From: a virus
Taxonomy: Duplodnaviria; Caudoviricetes
DNA: 64,000 bases
IMG/VR virus record: IMGVR_UViG_3300025018_000091
Strand: one strand, 5' to 3'
Under the pieces are notes generated by a model. The model ran no database searches and was not told the DNA's origin. It worked only from the letters and a program-made list of their open reading frames with translations. Of this stretch, positions 29,234 to 39,885 are shown in pieces; position 1 is the stretch's first letter; every line of letters begins with the position of its first letter. The position numbers and the translations under genes are program-made.

Positions 29234-30189
29234 TATGCAGTCTCCGGTGCAGTTCCATTCCAAGGAAATATTATATGTCCAAATTGAACAAATTGATATG
29301 ATAAATCAGCAGGAAATGCAGTACCAACAGCTACTGCTGTACTTCCCCACCATAAATCATATATAGAACCTTTTCTTCCTCTATGAGTTCCCACTGTATT
29401 AAGAAGACCCATTGGCATAATTGGCCATTCTCCAGTATCATCATCTTGAGAAATTAAATATTCTCCAACCATTGATGTTAAAGCACCTTCACAAGTAACA
29501 TACATTCCTATTAAATCTCCAGAGACCTCTCCATATATAGTTGCTGTATCATTCCACCAAGCATATTGTGTCGCATTTGCATCGCCGGCGCGTGCGCCCC
29601 AAATACCAGTGGTAAAACCAGTAGTTGGACTACTCGGCATATCAAATAACCAAAATAATTGGCATACATTTGCTACTGTTGTTAATATGCGAGTACATTC
29701 ACCATCACTAGAGTGCATCACATGAAGTTTACCGGTATATACTGACGAATGAACAAAAGCTGCTGAATATACTTGGTGTTGGTCTCCTGCTGTTGGGGGT
29801 GATGCAGCAACACCATCTGTACCTGTACCACCAGAACCTATGGCTCCAAACTCACCATTTGGAGATACTATAATACGAACATAATTTGTTTGTGTATTAT
29901 TGTACATATAAAAACAAACTTGCATACTGGTAACTAAATTTTCTAATACAATCCATCGATTACCAGTACCTATTGCTGTAGTATCTGTCCAACGGTCAAC
30001 ACCATCATTATTTCCAACAAAATTTCCAGTAGCACTACTACCCCATACTACCCATGGATTAAGTACGAAATTTTTCATACTATTTTTAATGGCAAGTATT
30101 ATATTTCGTCCGGTATCGGTAGCTGCTGATCCACTAAATAATTGATTAACATCATATTGCCAAGTTTTTACTTTTGGAGGTAAAGCCAT
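29233..30189 (-). CDS. Hypothetical Gly/Thr-rich protein, probably structural
   Basis: 318-aa ORF in the structural operon. Confidence 0.7.
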   Translation of the reverse strand: MALPPKVKTWQYDVNQLFSGSAATDTGRNIILAIKNSMKNFVLNPWVVWGSSATGNFVGNNDGVDRWTDTTAIGTGNRWIVLENLVTSMQVCFYMYNNTQTNYVRIIVSPNGEFGAIGSGGTGTDGVAASPPTAGDQHQVYSAAFVHSSVYTGKLHVMHSSDGECTRILTTVANVCQLFWLFDMPSSPTTGFTTGIWGARAGDANATQYAWWNDTATIYGEVSGDLIGMYVTCEGALTSMVGEYLISQDDDTGEWPIMPMGLLNTVGTHRGRKGSIYDLWWGSTAVAVGTAFPADLSYQFVQFGHIIFPWNGTAPETA

Positions 30190-30193
30190 TTTA

Positions 30194-32641
30194 TTATCCT
30201 TCTATTATTATTTGTGCTGACTTACATGTTACAATATTCCCACCACCAGAATTTGCAATCCATAAACGAACTTCAAAAACTCCAACCACAGTTCCGGCAA
30301 AAGCAGCAGTAATATCTGTTTCAATCATACTTGGTATTAATTGACTGGATGCACCAGTATTATCAATTTGTGACCCAGATACTTGAGCAGTTCCACTAAT
30401 ATCATATAAATCTGCTGTTGCTGCATAAGTTGCAGTAGCATTTGTTGATTCTAATATACAACGAAATTTTACCGTTCTAGTTGTTGGCCATTGCGATGTA
30501 TCAACATAACAAGCGCCAATTGCAGTAGCAATTCCTGTAGAATCTGTAGCCAATCCCTTCAATAAATCCATTTCAATTGGGAAATTGCTACCGCTTGCAA
30601 CATTTGGAATCCAAGCGGGGACTCCAGATGCTAAAGCTAATACATAGCCATCATCTGATGCTGGTAATGCTGCTAAAATATTAGTATTGGAAGCATATAA
30701 TATATCTCCAACATTATAAGATGTTAATCCCGTTCCACCTTGAGCTGTGTGCCAATAACCATCTAAATAATTATCACTAAGGGCATTTAACATAGCTGCT
30801 GTAACATAGCCATCAACATGTGAGCCATCAATAGCGAAATTATTTGCGGAAGTAACAGAACCGCCAGGTAAATCTATATATGCACCATTCTCAGCCTTTA
30901 AGTAAGGCTCGGCACCCATTAGATTAACATATAGTTTCTGAAGACCATCAAAATAAATATGTTCAGCTTGGTTATTATTATCAAATACTATATTATCATA
31001 ACCATCAGTTCCAATCAGATGAATATCATTACTATTAGCTGCATTTCTAGCACTTAATGCAGTTAAATTATTTGGAACTCTTAATACACCAGATTGTGCG
31101 GGTGCAAGTCCAATATCAAAATAAGCGCCATTAATATCTACATTAAAATTTCCATATGATACTAATCCATATTGAAATACTATCGCTCCGCTTTGATTAC
31201 TTGGAATTCCAGCACCAGATGATAGATATAAATTTCCACCATAACCAGAAGATAATGAACTTCCAGCAATTATTGATAATACGCCACCATAGCCAACACT
31301 AGCATTACCAGCATATATTGATAACGCTCCACCGTTACCAATATTTACAGAATCTCCTGCGGCTATATTAAAAGAACCACCATCAGCCCCAATACCATTA
31401 GCATCTTGTGCATTAATTGTTAATAGTTGCCCTGAACCAGATGTTTGTAATACTTGTGAAATAACGGGGGTTACAGTATCTTTATCAAAAGTTAGATTAG
31501 ATGTATAAAATAATGTGCTAGTATCAAGTATGTGTATCTTAGGGTTAATGCCATTTTTAATTTGAACATAACCATCAGCAGTAGTTCCGCTTCCAGATCC
31601 AAGAATTAATGCTCCGCCAGTAGATCCACCAAAAGATGAAGTTTGCGCCAGTATTGTTAATGTTTGACCATTTCCAGTAGCCTGTGTTGTTTGGAAAATA
31701 CTTGGATTATTTACATCTTCATGAAATCTAACAAAACTTAGTCCAACTTCTAATTGTGGAATATCATTTACTTCGAAGGAATGAATATATCCATCTCCGA
31801 CATTGTGAGTAATACCTTCATTGGATAAATCACCAATAAGAATAAGATCTCCAAGAGTTTCTATTAGATTAAGGTTTCCAGAATCAAGATCATTTCTTAC
31901 ATGAATTCCTTCTGTATTTTGTAATCTAATAAATCCAGTAGTTGACGCGCCTGTTAATCCATGAGATATACTATCTTCAACTAACAAATCATTAGCAATA
32001 TACACCGAAGTAGTATTAGATCCTAATTGAACTCTATCAAATATATCTACTTGAAGAATATCTACATCTCCAGTATTTGTAGCATTTCTACCTCTAACAA
32101 CAGCATCTTCTGTAGCAACATTTGGAATACGAATAATGCCAGATTGCGCAGGATATGTTCCTAATGCCAAATACCCATCAATAGATAATGTTCCAGTAAA
32201 AATAGGTAAAGAAGCGCCAATAGTATAACCATCTCCACCAGTATTATATGCAAATTTCCAACCAGAAAGAGTTTCATCCCAAAACATACAAGAATGATCT
32301 CTAGGGATAAGACCTGTAGTATATCCTCTAACAGCGGCTAAACCTGTAATTTGTGGCGGAACATCTTGCGTTGTCGCATATGGCGAAGTTGGTGGATGTA
32401 TCCAGTCATAACTATTTAAATGGAAAAAATAACCATCACTAGAATTAAGTGGTTTTAAAAAATTATCTATTTTAGATTGAACTATTCTATTAACTATTAT
32501 ATTTTCAAGATTAATAGAACTATAGCCGTCAGGACAATATATTGCATTTGAATCTGGTTGATCGTTAACAATCCAATCAACGTAACCAACAGCACCTGGC
32601 GCTGCTGTATTATAAGCTCTCATGTAATATTGTATTGGCAT
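30194..32641 (-). CDS. Large fibre-like structural protein
   Basis: 815 aa, Gly-rich beta repeats (GGxLxIxAG); GGTGLTSYNVGDILYAS module shared with 24838..26043; 10 DGY. Confidence 0.7.
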   Translation of the reverse strand: MPIQYYMRAYNTAAPGAVGYVDWIVNDQPDSNAIYCPDGYSSINLENIIVNRIVQSKIDNFLKPLNSSDGYFFHLNSYDWIHPPTSPYATTQDVPPQITGLAAVRGYTTGLIPRDHSCMFWDETLSGWKFAYNTGGDGYTIGASLPIFTGTLSIDGYLALGTYPAQSGIIRIPNVATEDAVVRGRNATNTGDVDILQVDIFDRVQLGSNTTSVYIANDLLVEDSISHGLTGASTTGFIRLQNTEGIHVRNDLDSGNLNLIETLGDLILIGDLSNEGITHNVGDGYIHSFEVNDIPQLEVGLSFVRFHEDVNNPSIFQTTQATGNGQTLTILAQTSSFGGSTGGALILGSGSGTTADGYVQIKNGINPKIHILDTSTLFYTSNLTFDKDTVTPVISQVLQTSGSGQLLTINAQDANGIGADGGSFNIAAGDSVNIGNGGALSIYAGNASVGYGGVLSIIAGSSLSSGYGGNLYLSSGAGIPSNQSGAIVFQYGLVSYGNFNVDINGAYFDIGLAPAQSGVLRVPNNLTALSARNAANSNDIHLIGTDGYDNIVFDNNNQAEHIYFDGLQKLYVNLMGAEPYLKAENGAYIDLPGGSVTSANNFAIDGSHVDGYVTAAMLNALSDNYLDGYWHTAQGGTGLTSYNVGDILYASNTNILAALPASDDGYVLALASGVPAWIPNVASGSNFPIEMDLLKGLATDSTGIATAIGACYVDTSQWPTTRTVKFRCILESTNATATYAATADLYDISGTAQVSGSQIDNTGASSQLIPSMIETDITAAFAGTVVGVFEVRLWIANSGGGNIVTCKSAQIIIEG

Positions 32642-32698
32642 TATCTCTCCCTATCCAAGATATCTATTTATTACTAAATACAGATATAACATCAATAT

Positions 32699-33391
32699 TT
32701 AGATAGCGATTACATGAATTGTTACAACTGCTGTTCTAACTTCAGCATTATCGTATGTTACAGTTACAGTTAAATCATATGATCCACCATTTAAACTAAC
32801 AAAACCATCACCTTCCCAAGTATCACCAGTTTGTGTATATAATTGAGAATCTCCACCATCTAAATTACCAGAAAATAACACAACATGTTCACCACTTTCA
32901 ATAGTTCCATAAGCATAAAAAGGAGCGGTTGGATTATACGATGGAGATTCGTCTGTGGGATCAGTTATTGTAATTCCCATCAAATATGTAAACCCAGTAT
33001 TCTCTACTTGGTAAATTGTACTAAATGTTGAAAGCCTAAATGTATCTGTGCTCGTTTGATTCGCCACAAATACAACATCATATCCATCAGTCGATATGCT
33101 AATTGTCATTTCCGTCAATATACCAGAAGCGTTATAAATAGAACCATACCCGTCCAAACCAAGTCCACCAGCAATATAAGCATTTCCAATTTCTCTTACA
33201 ACTAAAGCGTCCAACCAATAAGAATATCCATCAGAAGCTGTTGATTGATTTTGAATAAAACATAACGTATTAATTCTTGTATCTGTATTTGCCGGAACAG
33301 TAAACCTACAGACTTCAACACCATGTGTCGAGGTCACAACCGTTCCTGTAATTAATCTTCCATTTTGTATTGCATATCCATCATTAGGCAT
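32699..33391 (-). CDS. Structural protein sharing its N-domain with the LamG proteins
   Basis: G...TGTV.T..HGVEVC.F.VP.NT..R. Confidence 0.65.
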   Translation of the reverse strand: MPNDGYAIQNGRLITGTVVTSTHGVEVCRFTVPANTDTRINTLCFIQNQSTASDGYSYWLDALVVREIGNAYIAGGLGLDGYGSIYNASGILTEMTISISTDGYDVVFVANQTSTDTFRLSTFSTIYQVENTGFTYLMGITITDPTDESPSYNPTAPFYAYGTIESGEHVVLFSGNLDGGDSQLYTQTGDTWEGDGFVSLNGGSYDLTVTVTYDNAEVRTAVVTIHVIAI

Positions 33392-33403
33392 AATATCCTC
33401 TTA

Positions 33404-35872
33404 TCAGGGTGGAGTGTCTTTTATAATATCAGCTTCTTCCATATTTGTCATTGTTCCGTTGAAGCCAACCCCATCTCCCATCTTCCAATATCCTACAAGG
33501 TTTGCTGAACTCGTTAAGTCTGTTGGTATTCCTGCGTTGTATATTGCTTCAACTTCTGATAAGGAAAGAACTTTATCCCAAATTGATATGTCTTTTAAAT
33601 TTCCAATCCAATAATTTTGATTATCAGGTCTTCTTCCAATATTAAAATTAGCCGCATTGGATATTGATAATGTTAAAGTATCGTGTCCTACGGTTGCTGG
33701 AACTAAAACTCCATTCATATAGAATATAACACCAGCTCCTGTTTTGCTTCCATCATAAGTAACAACACCATGTCTCCAAACACTATCTCTGTAACTTCCA
33801 AATCCTGTTGTTGTATTTGTAAAAATATAATTGTTTCCCGCCCCAGCGTCATTTATTAAGTATACTTGAATTCTATGTAAAGAATCAATAAATATAAAAT
33901 ACCCAGTGTATGTAGTACTACCTAAATTTTTTGCTATAATATTAGTATTTGTTCCACCTGTACATTTGAACCAAAAGGACCAAGAACGAGTTTCCGTTCC
34001 GTTTAAATCATGAACATCTCCCATGTCAATAAATTCGTCGGAGCCATCAAATACCATAGAGTTTCCAATATATGTTCTTGACTCAACGTCAGTGATTTCC
34101 ATATTGACCTGAGTTCCATGCAGTCCGTTGCCCGAGAAGTCAGGAACTCCATTTGCTGCAAGACTATAATTTTCTCCACACCTCCACCAAGCCGCAAGAT
34201 TAGCTGCGCAAGATGTTGTAGTTAAATCAATCGGAACCTTATTGTTATAAATTTCTGTTACTTCAGTTGGAGAAAGCTCTTTATCCCATACCGATACGTC
34301 AGAAAGAGAACCTTTATACCATAAATCATTATGATTTCTTGCCCCTAACCTAAAATCACTGGCATTTGCTGCTGTTGCCGATAACGTATCATAATTTGTA
34401 GTTGTTGCAACTGGAGCATTATCTATATAAAAAACAACACCTGCTGCTTTTCCTGTAGAATCTTTTGTTATCATACAATAATGCCAATTATTATCATTGT
34501 ATGAATTATTAGTTTGTATTTCAAGAGTATTTGTAAAATATGTATTTATTTGAAAAAAAGCTATTTTATTAGTATTCGTACAAAGTATTTGATATCCGGG
34601 GGCGCCAGCCGCTACACTAATTTTTGATACAAAAATCCCAGTATGTGTGATTGACCATTTAAACCAAAAACTAATAGAAAAAGCATCGTTATAATCAAAA
34701 TCTAATATATCTCCCATATTTACATATTCGTTTGTTCCACCAAACACTAAAGCTTGACTTCCAGGACTCGCAAACTGAATATCAGAAACTTCCATGTTAG
34801 TTGCTGTTCCATCATATCCATTTGTTGATTCATCAGGAATTACAGGAAACTGATAATCTGAACTATGATCTAAAATAGTTGGATATGTATCTCCATCTCC
34901 ACATCTCCAATAAGCTACCATATTAGAGGCTGATGAAAGGTTCTTTATGTTAGTTGGAATCCCTGAATTATAAATAGCTTCAACTTCAGAAAGAGAAAGC
35001 TCTTTATTATATATAGATGCTTCATCTATGTTACCAATCATATAATCAAGAGTTCCATTCATAGAACCAATGGTGCAAGGCATCGTATCTTGAATAGTTG
35101 ATGTTAAATTATTAATATTTGTAACAGGAGCTTCATATCCCCCGTCAACATAAAAAGCCGTTCCAGAAACATTACTACTTCCATCATAAGTAGCAACAAT
35201 ATGATGCCAATTTCCATCATTCAAAATAGAAGATGTGCTTACTGATAACTGACTTGTATTTGCTACGCTTACAATATCAAATCTAATTGATCCAATAACT
35301 CCCCCAAGTCCTTCTTTTTTCAAACCCCATCCTCTATAATTTCCAGCTGGACCTTCCTTACCAATAAAAAAATTCCAAGGGTTTACATCCGATGTTTTAA
35401 ACCAACAACTAATACTAAAAGCATCAGTCCTCTCAAAACTTAACACATTTCCCATTGTTACAAATTCATTAGTTCCACCAAACAACAAAGAATATCCATC
35501 AATAAATTGTTCAACAGAATAAATTTCCATCGAACATGCTACTCTATATATATTCCCATCCGCCGAAGCTGTTGTGGCATAAATATTATCATTCGTAACA
35601 GCTAAAATTACTTCAAAACCTGATGTTGTTCCTTCTTCATTATACTTAGATACATCTCCAACAATCGTTGCATATCCATCTTGATTATATACATTTGCTG
35701 CTAATTTATAAGAACTGCTTATTTGTCCGTTTACTTTTTGAAATAAACATGTTGCTTCTACCCTTGCAAAAGTTTCCAGTGGAACCGCCCAAGAGCATAC
35801 ATTTACTCCATTAGCTGCCGTTGCAACTGTTCCGGTAGTTTTAATTCCTTGTATTAATTGTCCATCAGCCAT
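33404..35872 (-). CDS. Multi-LamG/ConA-domain protein (three lectin-like domains)
   Basis: Three repeats of FGGTNE.V.MG...FSIS.WFK...NWH......G.IDE.SIYNKELS..EV..IYN. Confidence 0.85.
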   Translation of the reverse strand: MADGQLIQGIKTTGTVATAANGVNVCSWAVPLETFARVEATCLFQKVNGQISSSYKLAANVYNQDGYATIVGDVSKYNEEGTTSGFEVILAVTNDNIYATTASADGNIYRVACSMEIYSVEQFIDGYSLLFGGTNEFVTMGNVLSFERTDAFSISCWFKTSDVNPWNFFIGKEGPAGNYRGWGLKKEGLGGVIGSIRFDIVSVANTSQLSVSTSSILNDGNWHHIVATYDGSSNVSGTAFYVDGGYEAPVTNINNLTSTIQDTMPCTIGSMNGTLDYMIGNIDEASIYNKELSLSEVEAIYNSGIPTNIKNLSSASNMVAYWRCGDGDTYPTILDHSSDYQFPVIPDESTNGYDGTATNMEVSDIQFASPGSQALVFGGTNEYVNMGDILDFDYNDAFSISFWFKWSITHTGIFVSKISVAAGAPGYQILCTNTNKIAFFQINTYFTNTLEIQTNNSYNDNNWHYCMITKDSTGKAAGVVFYIDNAPVATTTNYDTLSATAANASDFRLGARNHNDLWYKGSLSDVSVWDKELSPTEVTEIYNNKVPIDLTTTSCAANLAAWWRCGENYSLAANGVPDFSGNGLHGTQVNMEITDVESRTYIGNSMVFDGSDEFIDMGDVHDLNGTETRSWSFWFKCTGGTNTNIIAKNLGSTTYTGYFIFIDSLHRIQVYLINDAGAGNNYIFTNTTTGFGSYRDSVWRHGVVTYDGSKTGAGVIFYMNGVLVPATVGHDTLTLSISNAANFNIGRRPDNQNYWIGNLKDISIWDKVLSLSEVEAIYNAGIPTDLTSSANLVGYWKMGDGVGFNGTMTNMEEADIIKDTPP
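34862..35032. repeat. 171-bp direct repeat, copy A (about 89% identical to 35953..36123)
   Basis: Manual alignment: 18 mismatches in 171 nt, no gaps. Confidence 0.8.
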
Positions 35873-35883
35873 ATTAATCCTTA

Positions 35884-36960
35884 TTACGGAGGTGCATCAG
35901 CAATTATATCTCCAGATTCCATATTAGTCATTGTTCCATTGAAACCAGAATCACTATGATCTAAAATAGTTGGATAAGTGTCTCCATCTCCACATCTCCA
36001 ATAAGCTACCATATTTGAAGCAGATGAAAGATTTTTTAGATTAGTTGGAATCCCTGAATTATAAATCGCTTCAACCTCAGGAAGAGAAAGTTCTTTATTG
36101 TATACTGATGTTTCGTCTATGTTGCCTTCAAATGCATAACCAGTGCCATCCCATTGACCAATTCTAAATGGAGCAGTTGTAATAATAGAGCCTGTTAAAG
36201 TATTTTTCCATATTGTAAGGTCAACAATTTCACCATCAATATAAATATGCATGCCAGATACAAGTGATGATCCATCATAGGTACATATACAATGATGCCA
36301 ATTACCATTATTTATTGTTGCTGTAGTTGTAAAAACCTGAAACTCATTAGTTGATGATGTATTTGATAATAAGAAAGTAATAGCTCCAGTATAAGTACCA
36401 CCATTGAGATATACAGCATAGCCTGCATATGGTGCCGTGCCAGAATTTTTAGCAATAAGAAACTTATCATTTGTAGTTGTTTTACACCACAAACTTATAG
36501 AAAAAGCATCAGTTCTCTCAAAATTCAACACATTTCCCATATTCACATATTCGTTCGTTCCTCCAAACAGCAAAGAATAATAGTTCCCAAATTGTTCAAC
36601 AACATAAATTTCCATAAAACATGTAACTCTATATTCTTCTCCATCTGTTGTTGCCGTTATAACTGATAACGTAGATCCACTTGCAAATAATGTTACAGTC
36701 ATTGCAACAGAACTCTCTTCCGTATTTACAACAGTCGGTCCTGAAACAATTGAAACATCCGCATCGTCTCTTCTAACAGTCGCTATTAATTTATATGAAC
36801 TTTTAGCCGTATTATCGTAAACTTGTTGAACAGTACAATGAACTTCAACCCTTGCAGTAGTATTTATTGGAATACTCCATACACAAACCTCAACACCATT
36901 TGAAGATGTTTGTATACTTCCTGCTGTTTTTCTTCCTAAAATTATATCTCCATCAGCCAT
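35884..36960 (-). CDS. Single-LamG-domain paralogue
   Basis: Same N-domain (MADG...) and LamG pattern as 33404..35872. Confidence 0.85.
   Translation of the reverse strand: MADGDIILGRKTAGSIQTSSNGVEVCVWSIPINTTARVEVHCTVQQVYDNTAKSSYKLIATVRRDDADVSIVSGPTVVNTEESSVAMTVTLFASGSTLSVITATTDGEEYRVTCFMEIYVVEQFGNYYSLLFGGTNEYVNMGNVLNFERTDAFSISLWCKTTTNDKFLIAKNSGTAPYAGYAVYLNGGTYTGAITFLLSNTSSTNEFQVFTTTATINNGNWHHCICTYDGSSLVSGMHIYIDGEIVDLTIWKNTLTGSIITTAPFRIGQWDGTGYAFEGNIDETSVYNKELSLPEVEAIYNSGIPTNLKNLSSASNMVAYWRCGDGDTYPTILDHSDSGFNGTMTNMESGDIIADAPP
35953..36123. repeat. 171-bp direct repeat, copy B
   Basis: See copy A. Confidence 0.8.
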
Positions 36961-36974
36961 GATTAATTACCTTA

Positions 36975-38063
36975 TTATGCTGGCGCAATGTCAGTTACTG
37001 TTCCACTACTTCCTTTAAATTTTAATGCACCACCCTCAACAAATAAATAACCGCCAGAAGTCGCACTGCCTGTTGGAACTGCATCTACATCTTTAATAAA
37101 AATCGCTCCCTGAGCACCTTGCATATTTGTTCCATTAGCACCATTTATAATTAAGTTACCCATATTGGAATTGCCTGCTTTAAGATAAATATTACCAGCA
37201 GTAAGTCCGTCACCACTCCAAATCAAAATATCACCACCAGCATAAGTATTGGTATAGTCTGATTGTCCAAAAACAATTAATCTTATTCCATTATGAGAAG
37301 ATGAAGGAGCAATTCCAAATACTGGAAGAGGAAAATCTGATTCAATTAATAAATATCCGTCACATATTACAGATGAACCTCCAAATGGTGTTGGAGATGC
37401 ACTAGTAAAAAATATCGGTGCAGTAGCTAAATATAATGTTGTTGGATAAGTATCCCCAGGACCAGCAGGACCTGTAGCTCCTGTAACACCAGCTACTCCT
37501 GTAGGACCAGCTGTTCCTGTAGCTCCTTGAGGTCCCGTTGCGCCTTGAGGTCCAGTAGCTCCAGCTACCCCAGTAGGACCGGCTGTTCCTGTAGCTCCTT
37601 GTGGTCCTGTAACTCCAGCAGGACCAGTAGCTCCAGCAGGACCAGTAGCTCCTGTAGCACCATCAACTCCAGCAGGACCAGTAGCTCCTGTAGCACCATC
37701 AACTCCAGCAGGACCAGTAGCTCCTGTAACTCCAGCAGGACCAGTAGGACCACCATAAGGACCTGTAGCACCTTGTGGTCCAGTAACTCCATCTATTCCA
37801 GCAGAACCGGCAGGTCCAGTAGGACCAGCAGGACCTGTCATTCCAATTCCAGCCGGTCCAGTTGGACCAGCAGCACCAGTAGGTCCAGCAATACCGGCAG
37901 GACCAGCAGGACCAGTTGCTCCAGCGGGACCAGGAGAACCAGTTGGTCCAAAAGATGGACTGCGAGGATCCCAACGTTCTGCAGCTGCATTATAAGCTAA
38001 GATGTATCCATCAGCAGGAACTTCAAAGGAGCCAATAATTGTTTTGTTTTTAGTATTAGCCAT
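36975..38063 (-). CDS. Collagen-like protein with a long G-X-Y tract
   Basis: About 160 aa of GPAG/GATG triplets flanked by globular ends. Confidence 0.85.
   Translation of the reverse strand: MANTKNKTIIGSFEVPADGYILAYNAAAERWDPRSPSFGPTGSPGPAGATGPAGPAGIAGPTGAAGPTGPAGIGMTGPAGPTGPAGSAGIDGVTGPQGATGPYGGPTGPAGVTGATGPAGVDGATGATGPAGVDGATGATGPAGATGPAGVTGPQGATGTAGPTGVAGATGPQGATGPQGATGTAGPTGVAGVTGATGPAGPGDTYPTTLYLATAPIFFTSASPTPFGGSSVICDGYLLIESDFPLPVFGIAPSSSHNGIRLIVFGQSDYTNTYAGGDILIWSGDGLTAGNIYLKAGNSNMGNLIINGANGTNMQGAQGAIFIKDVDAVPTGSATSGGYLFVEGGALKFKGSSGTVTDIAPA
37639..37728. repeat. 36-bp tandem repeat (2.5 copies) in the collagen tract
   Basis: GGACCAGTAGCTCCTGTAGCACCATCAACTCCAGCA at 37639 and 37675, partial third copy. 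Confidence 0.85.
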
Positions 38064-38067
38064 TTAT

Positions 38068-39870
38068 TTATAACCTCGAAAGCTCTCTCCACTCAATAGT
38101 AGCTGAAGCCCTTCTATCATCTGTACCATATGAGTCTACTTGAATTATTAATTCGGAACCAGATGTATCAACAGTAACCGACCAATTGGTTCCGTTATCA
38201 TCTATTAAGTCATCATTAAGAATATCTATTACTAATACTCCACTCTCCTGATGTGCTAAAGCATTATACTTAAATCTTGCACAAGTTGATGCTCCAGTAG
38301 TATTTACAACAATTATTCTAATGTTAATGTCATAAGATTTTCCATCTTCCATTTCTATATTATTTAGTGTGCCAGGTATTGTCAAGTTAAATTGACCACC
38401 ATTTACTTGGTAACCATCTAATAATATTCTTGAGAATTGAGAATCTCCTGGATTTGTAAAGTAATTTACAGCATGAGATTTTTGTCCTATAATTCTTGCA
38501 TCAGCAGCATAACCAAAAACTGCACAATGTATTGCAGAAGTTGTATTGCCATATCCTTCAGCACGAGAATAATTACCAGTAACAATATTAGAATCACCAT
38601 TAATAAATACACCATTAGAATTTGATGTATTATTTTGACCAGCAATTAAAGAGTGCTGAGAACTAATAATATTGCTAGATCCTAATAATACAAGACTATT
38701 AGTTCCAGTTATGCTATTTAACATTCCATTAATAACAGTAGAATAATTTCCTGATACTGTATTTGATAATCCATTTAATATAGTAGATTCGTTTCCAGTA
38801 GCTTGGTTTCCGTAACCATCAGCAACAAAGGAAGAATCTCCTTGGGCTCTATTTCCAGAACCACCTAAAATTACAGACAAATACCCATCAGCTAAATTGG
38901 TATTACCACCAAGAACTGATGAATAATATCCGTCAGCAGTATTACTTAACCCGCCACCAATCATTGTATATTGTTGTGTAGCAGAGTTTGAGCTACCACC
39001 TAAAATTGATGAATATATAGCAGAGGCAGTATTGTCTAAGCCGCCACCTATAATAGAATAATTTGCGGTTACTTGATTTCTGTATCCACCAACTGAGGTA
39101 GAATAATCGCCAGTTACACCAATTGATAAATTACTACTTGCTAAATTAACAATACCAACTTTAGTATTATCTATTGTTGATTGATTAATTGGTCTATTGG
39201 CTACAATATTTTGCGACTCATAAATAGGGTCAAAAACAACCGGTAATCTTGTAGGATACCAAGTTCCAGACCTATATAATAAGGCATATCCATCTATTGG
39301 AGTTGATGAAGATATTGGAACTCCTTGAATTCCTATAACTGTTTGATTTATCTTTGTACCAGATAGATCTCCAGAGGCATAGAAACCAATTTGAGATTCC
39401 CAATAACCATCTGTATCATTCCAAGTAAGATGATATCCATCTAAGGGCATTGTCGATACTAATGGTCTATCTTGTAAACCAATTACAGTCTGGCTGTAAT
39501 ATCCTCCTGACAGATCTCCCCCTGCTAACCAAAGATCGGTAGGTATAAGTTGCCATGCACCATCTCTTCTTTCATATAGACCTTCATAGACATATCCGTC
39601 ACGTCTTAGGTAAAGAGAGCCATCAACTCTATCTTCTGTTGGATATCCATCACCAACACTAATAGAAACACCGCCATATCCATCAACATAAAATGGATTG
39701 GTTACGTTAGGAGCTGGTGCATTAGGGTTATTTATTCTTGCCTCAAGAATATCCAAACGTACCCTAACATCAGCATAAACTCCATATGGAGTAATACCAA
39801 GAGCCCTCTCTATCGCTTCTACTGCATCAGTTAATGCACTAATTGCTGCTGCTTTATCATCAATAACCAT
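38068..39870 (-). CDS. Fibre/adhesin-like structural protein with Gly-rich beta-roll repeats
   Basis: Repeats of type S.I.GG..N.A...YS; GDLSG...QTVIGLQ repeats; 10 DGY. Confidence 0.75.
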   Translation of the reverse strand: MVIDDKAAAISALTDAVEAIERALGITPYGVYADVRVRLDILEARINNPNAPAPNVTNPFYVDGYGGVSISVGDGYPTEDRVDGSLYLRRDGYVYEGLYERRDGAWQLIPTDLWLAGGDLSGGYYSQTVIGLQDRPLVSTMPLDGYHLTWNDTDGYWESQIGFYASGDLSGTKINQTVIGIQGVPISSSTPIDGYALLYRSGTWYPTRLPVVFDPIYESQNIVANRPINQSTIDNTKVGIVNLASSNLSIGVTGDYSTSVGGYRNQVTANYSIIGGGLDNTASAIYSSILGGSSNSATQQYTMIGGGLSNTADGYYSSVLGGNTNLADGYLSVILGGSGNRAQGDSSFVADGYGNQATGNESTILNGLSNTVSGNYSTVINGMLNSITGTNSLVLLGSSNIISSQHSLIAGQNNTSNSNGVFINGDSNIVTGNYSRAEGYGNTTSAIHCAVFGYAADARIIGQKSHAVNYFTNPGDSQFSRILLDGYQVNGGQFNLTIPGTLNNIEMEDGKSYDINIRIIVVNTTGASTCARFKYNALAHQESGVLVIDILNDDLIDDNGTNWSVTVDTSGSELIIQVDSYGTDDRRASATIEWRELSRL

Positions 39871-39885
39871 GGATTACCGTTCCAA

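Noticed and set aside
37440-37940. CRISPR-like repeat array
   Set aside because: Repeats are in-frame multiples of 9 nt with no unique spacers; they are collagen coding sequence. No cas genes seen.
23491-38000. Alternate-frame and antisense ORFs over collagen tracts (23491..23799, 23498..23728, 24816..25010, 37527..38000, 37565..37792, 37699..37974)
   Set aside because: Shadows of G-X-Y codon periodicity; low-complexity translations with no RBS.
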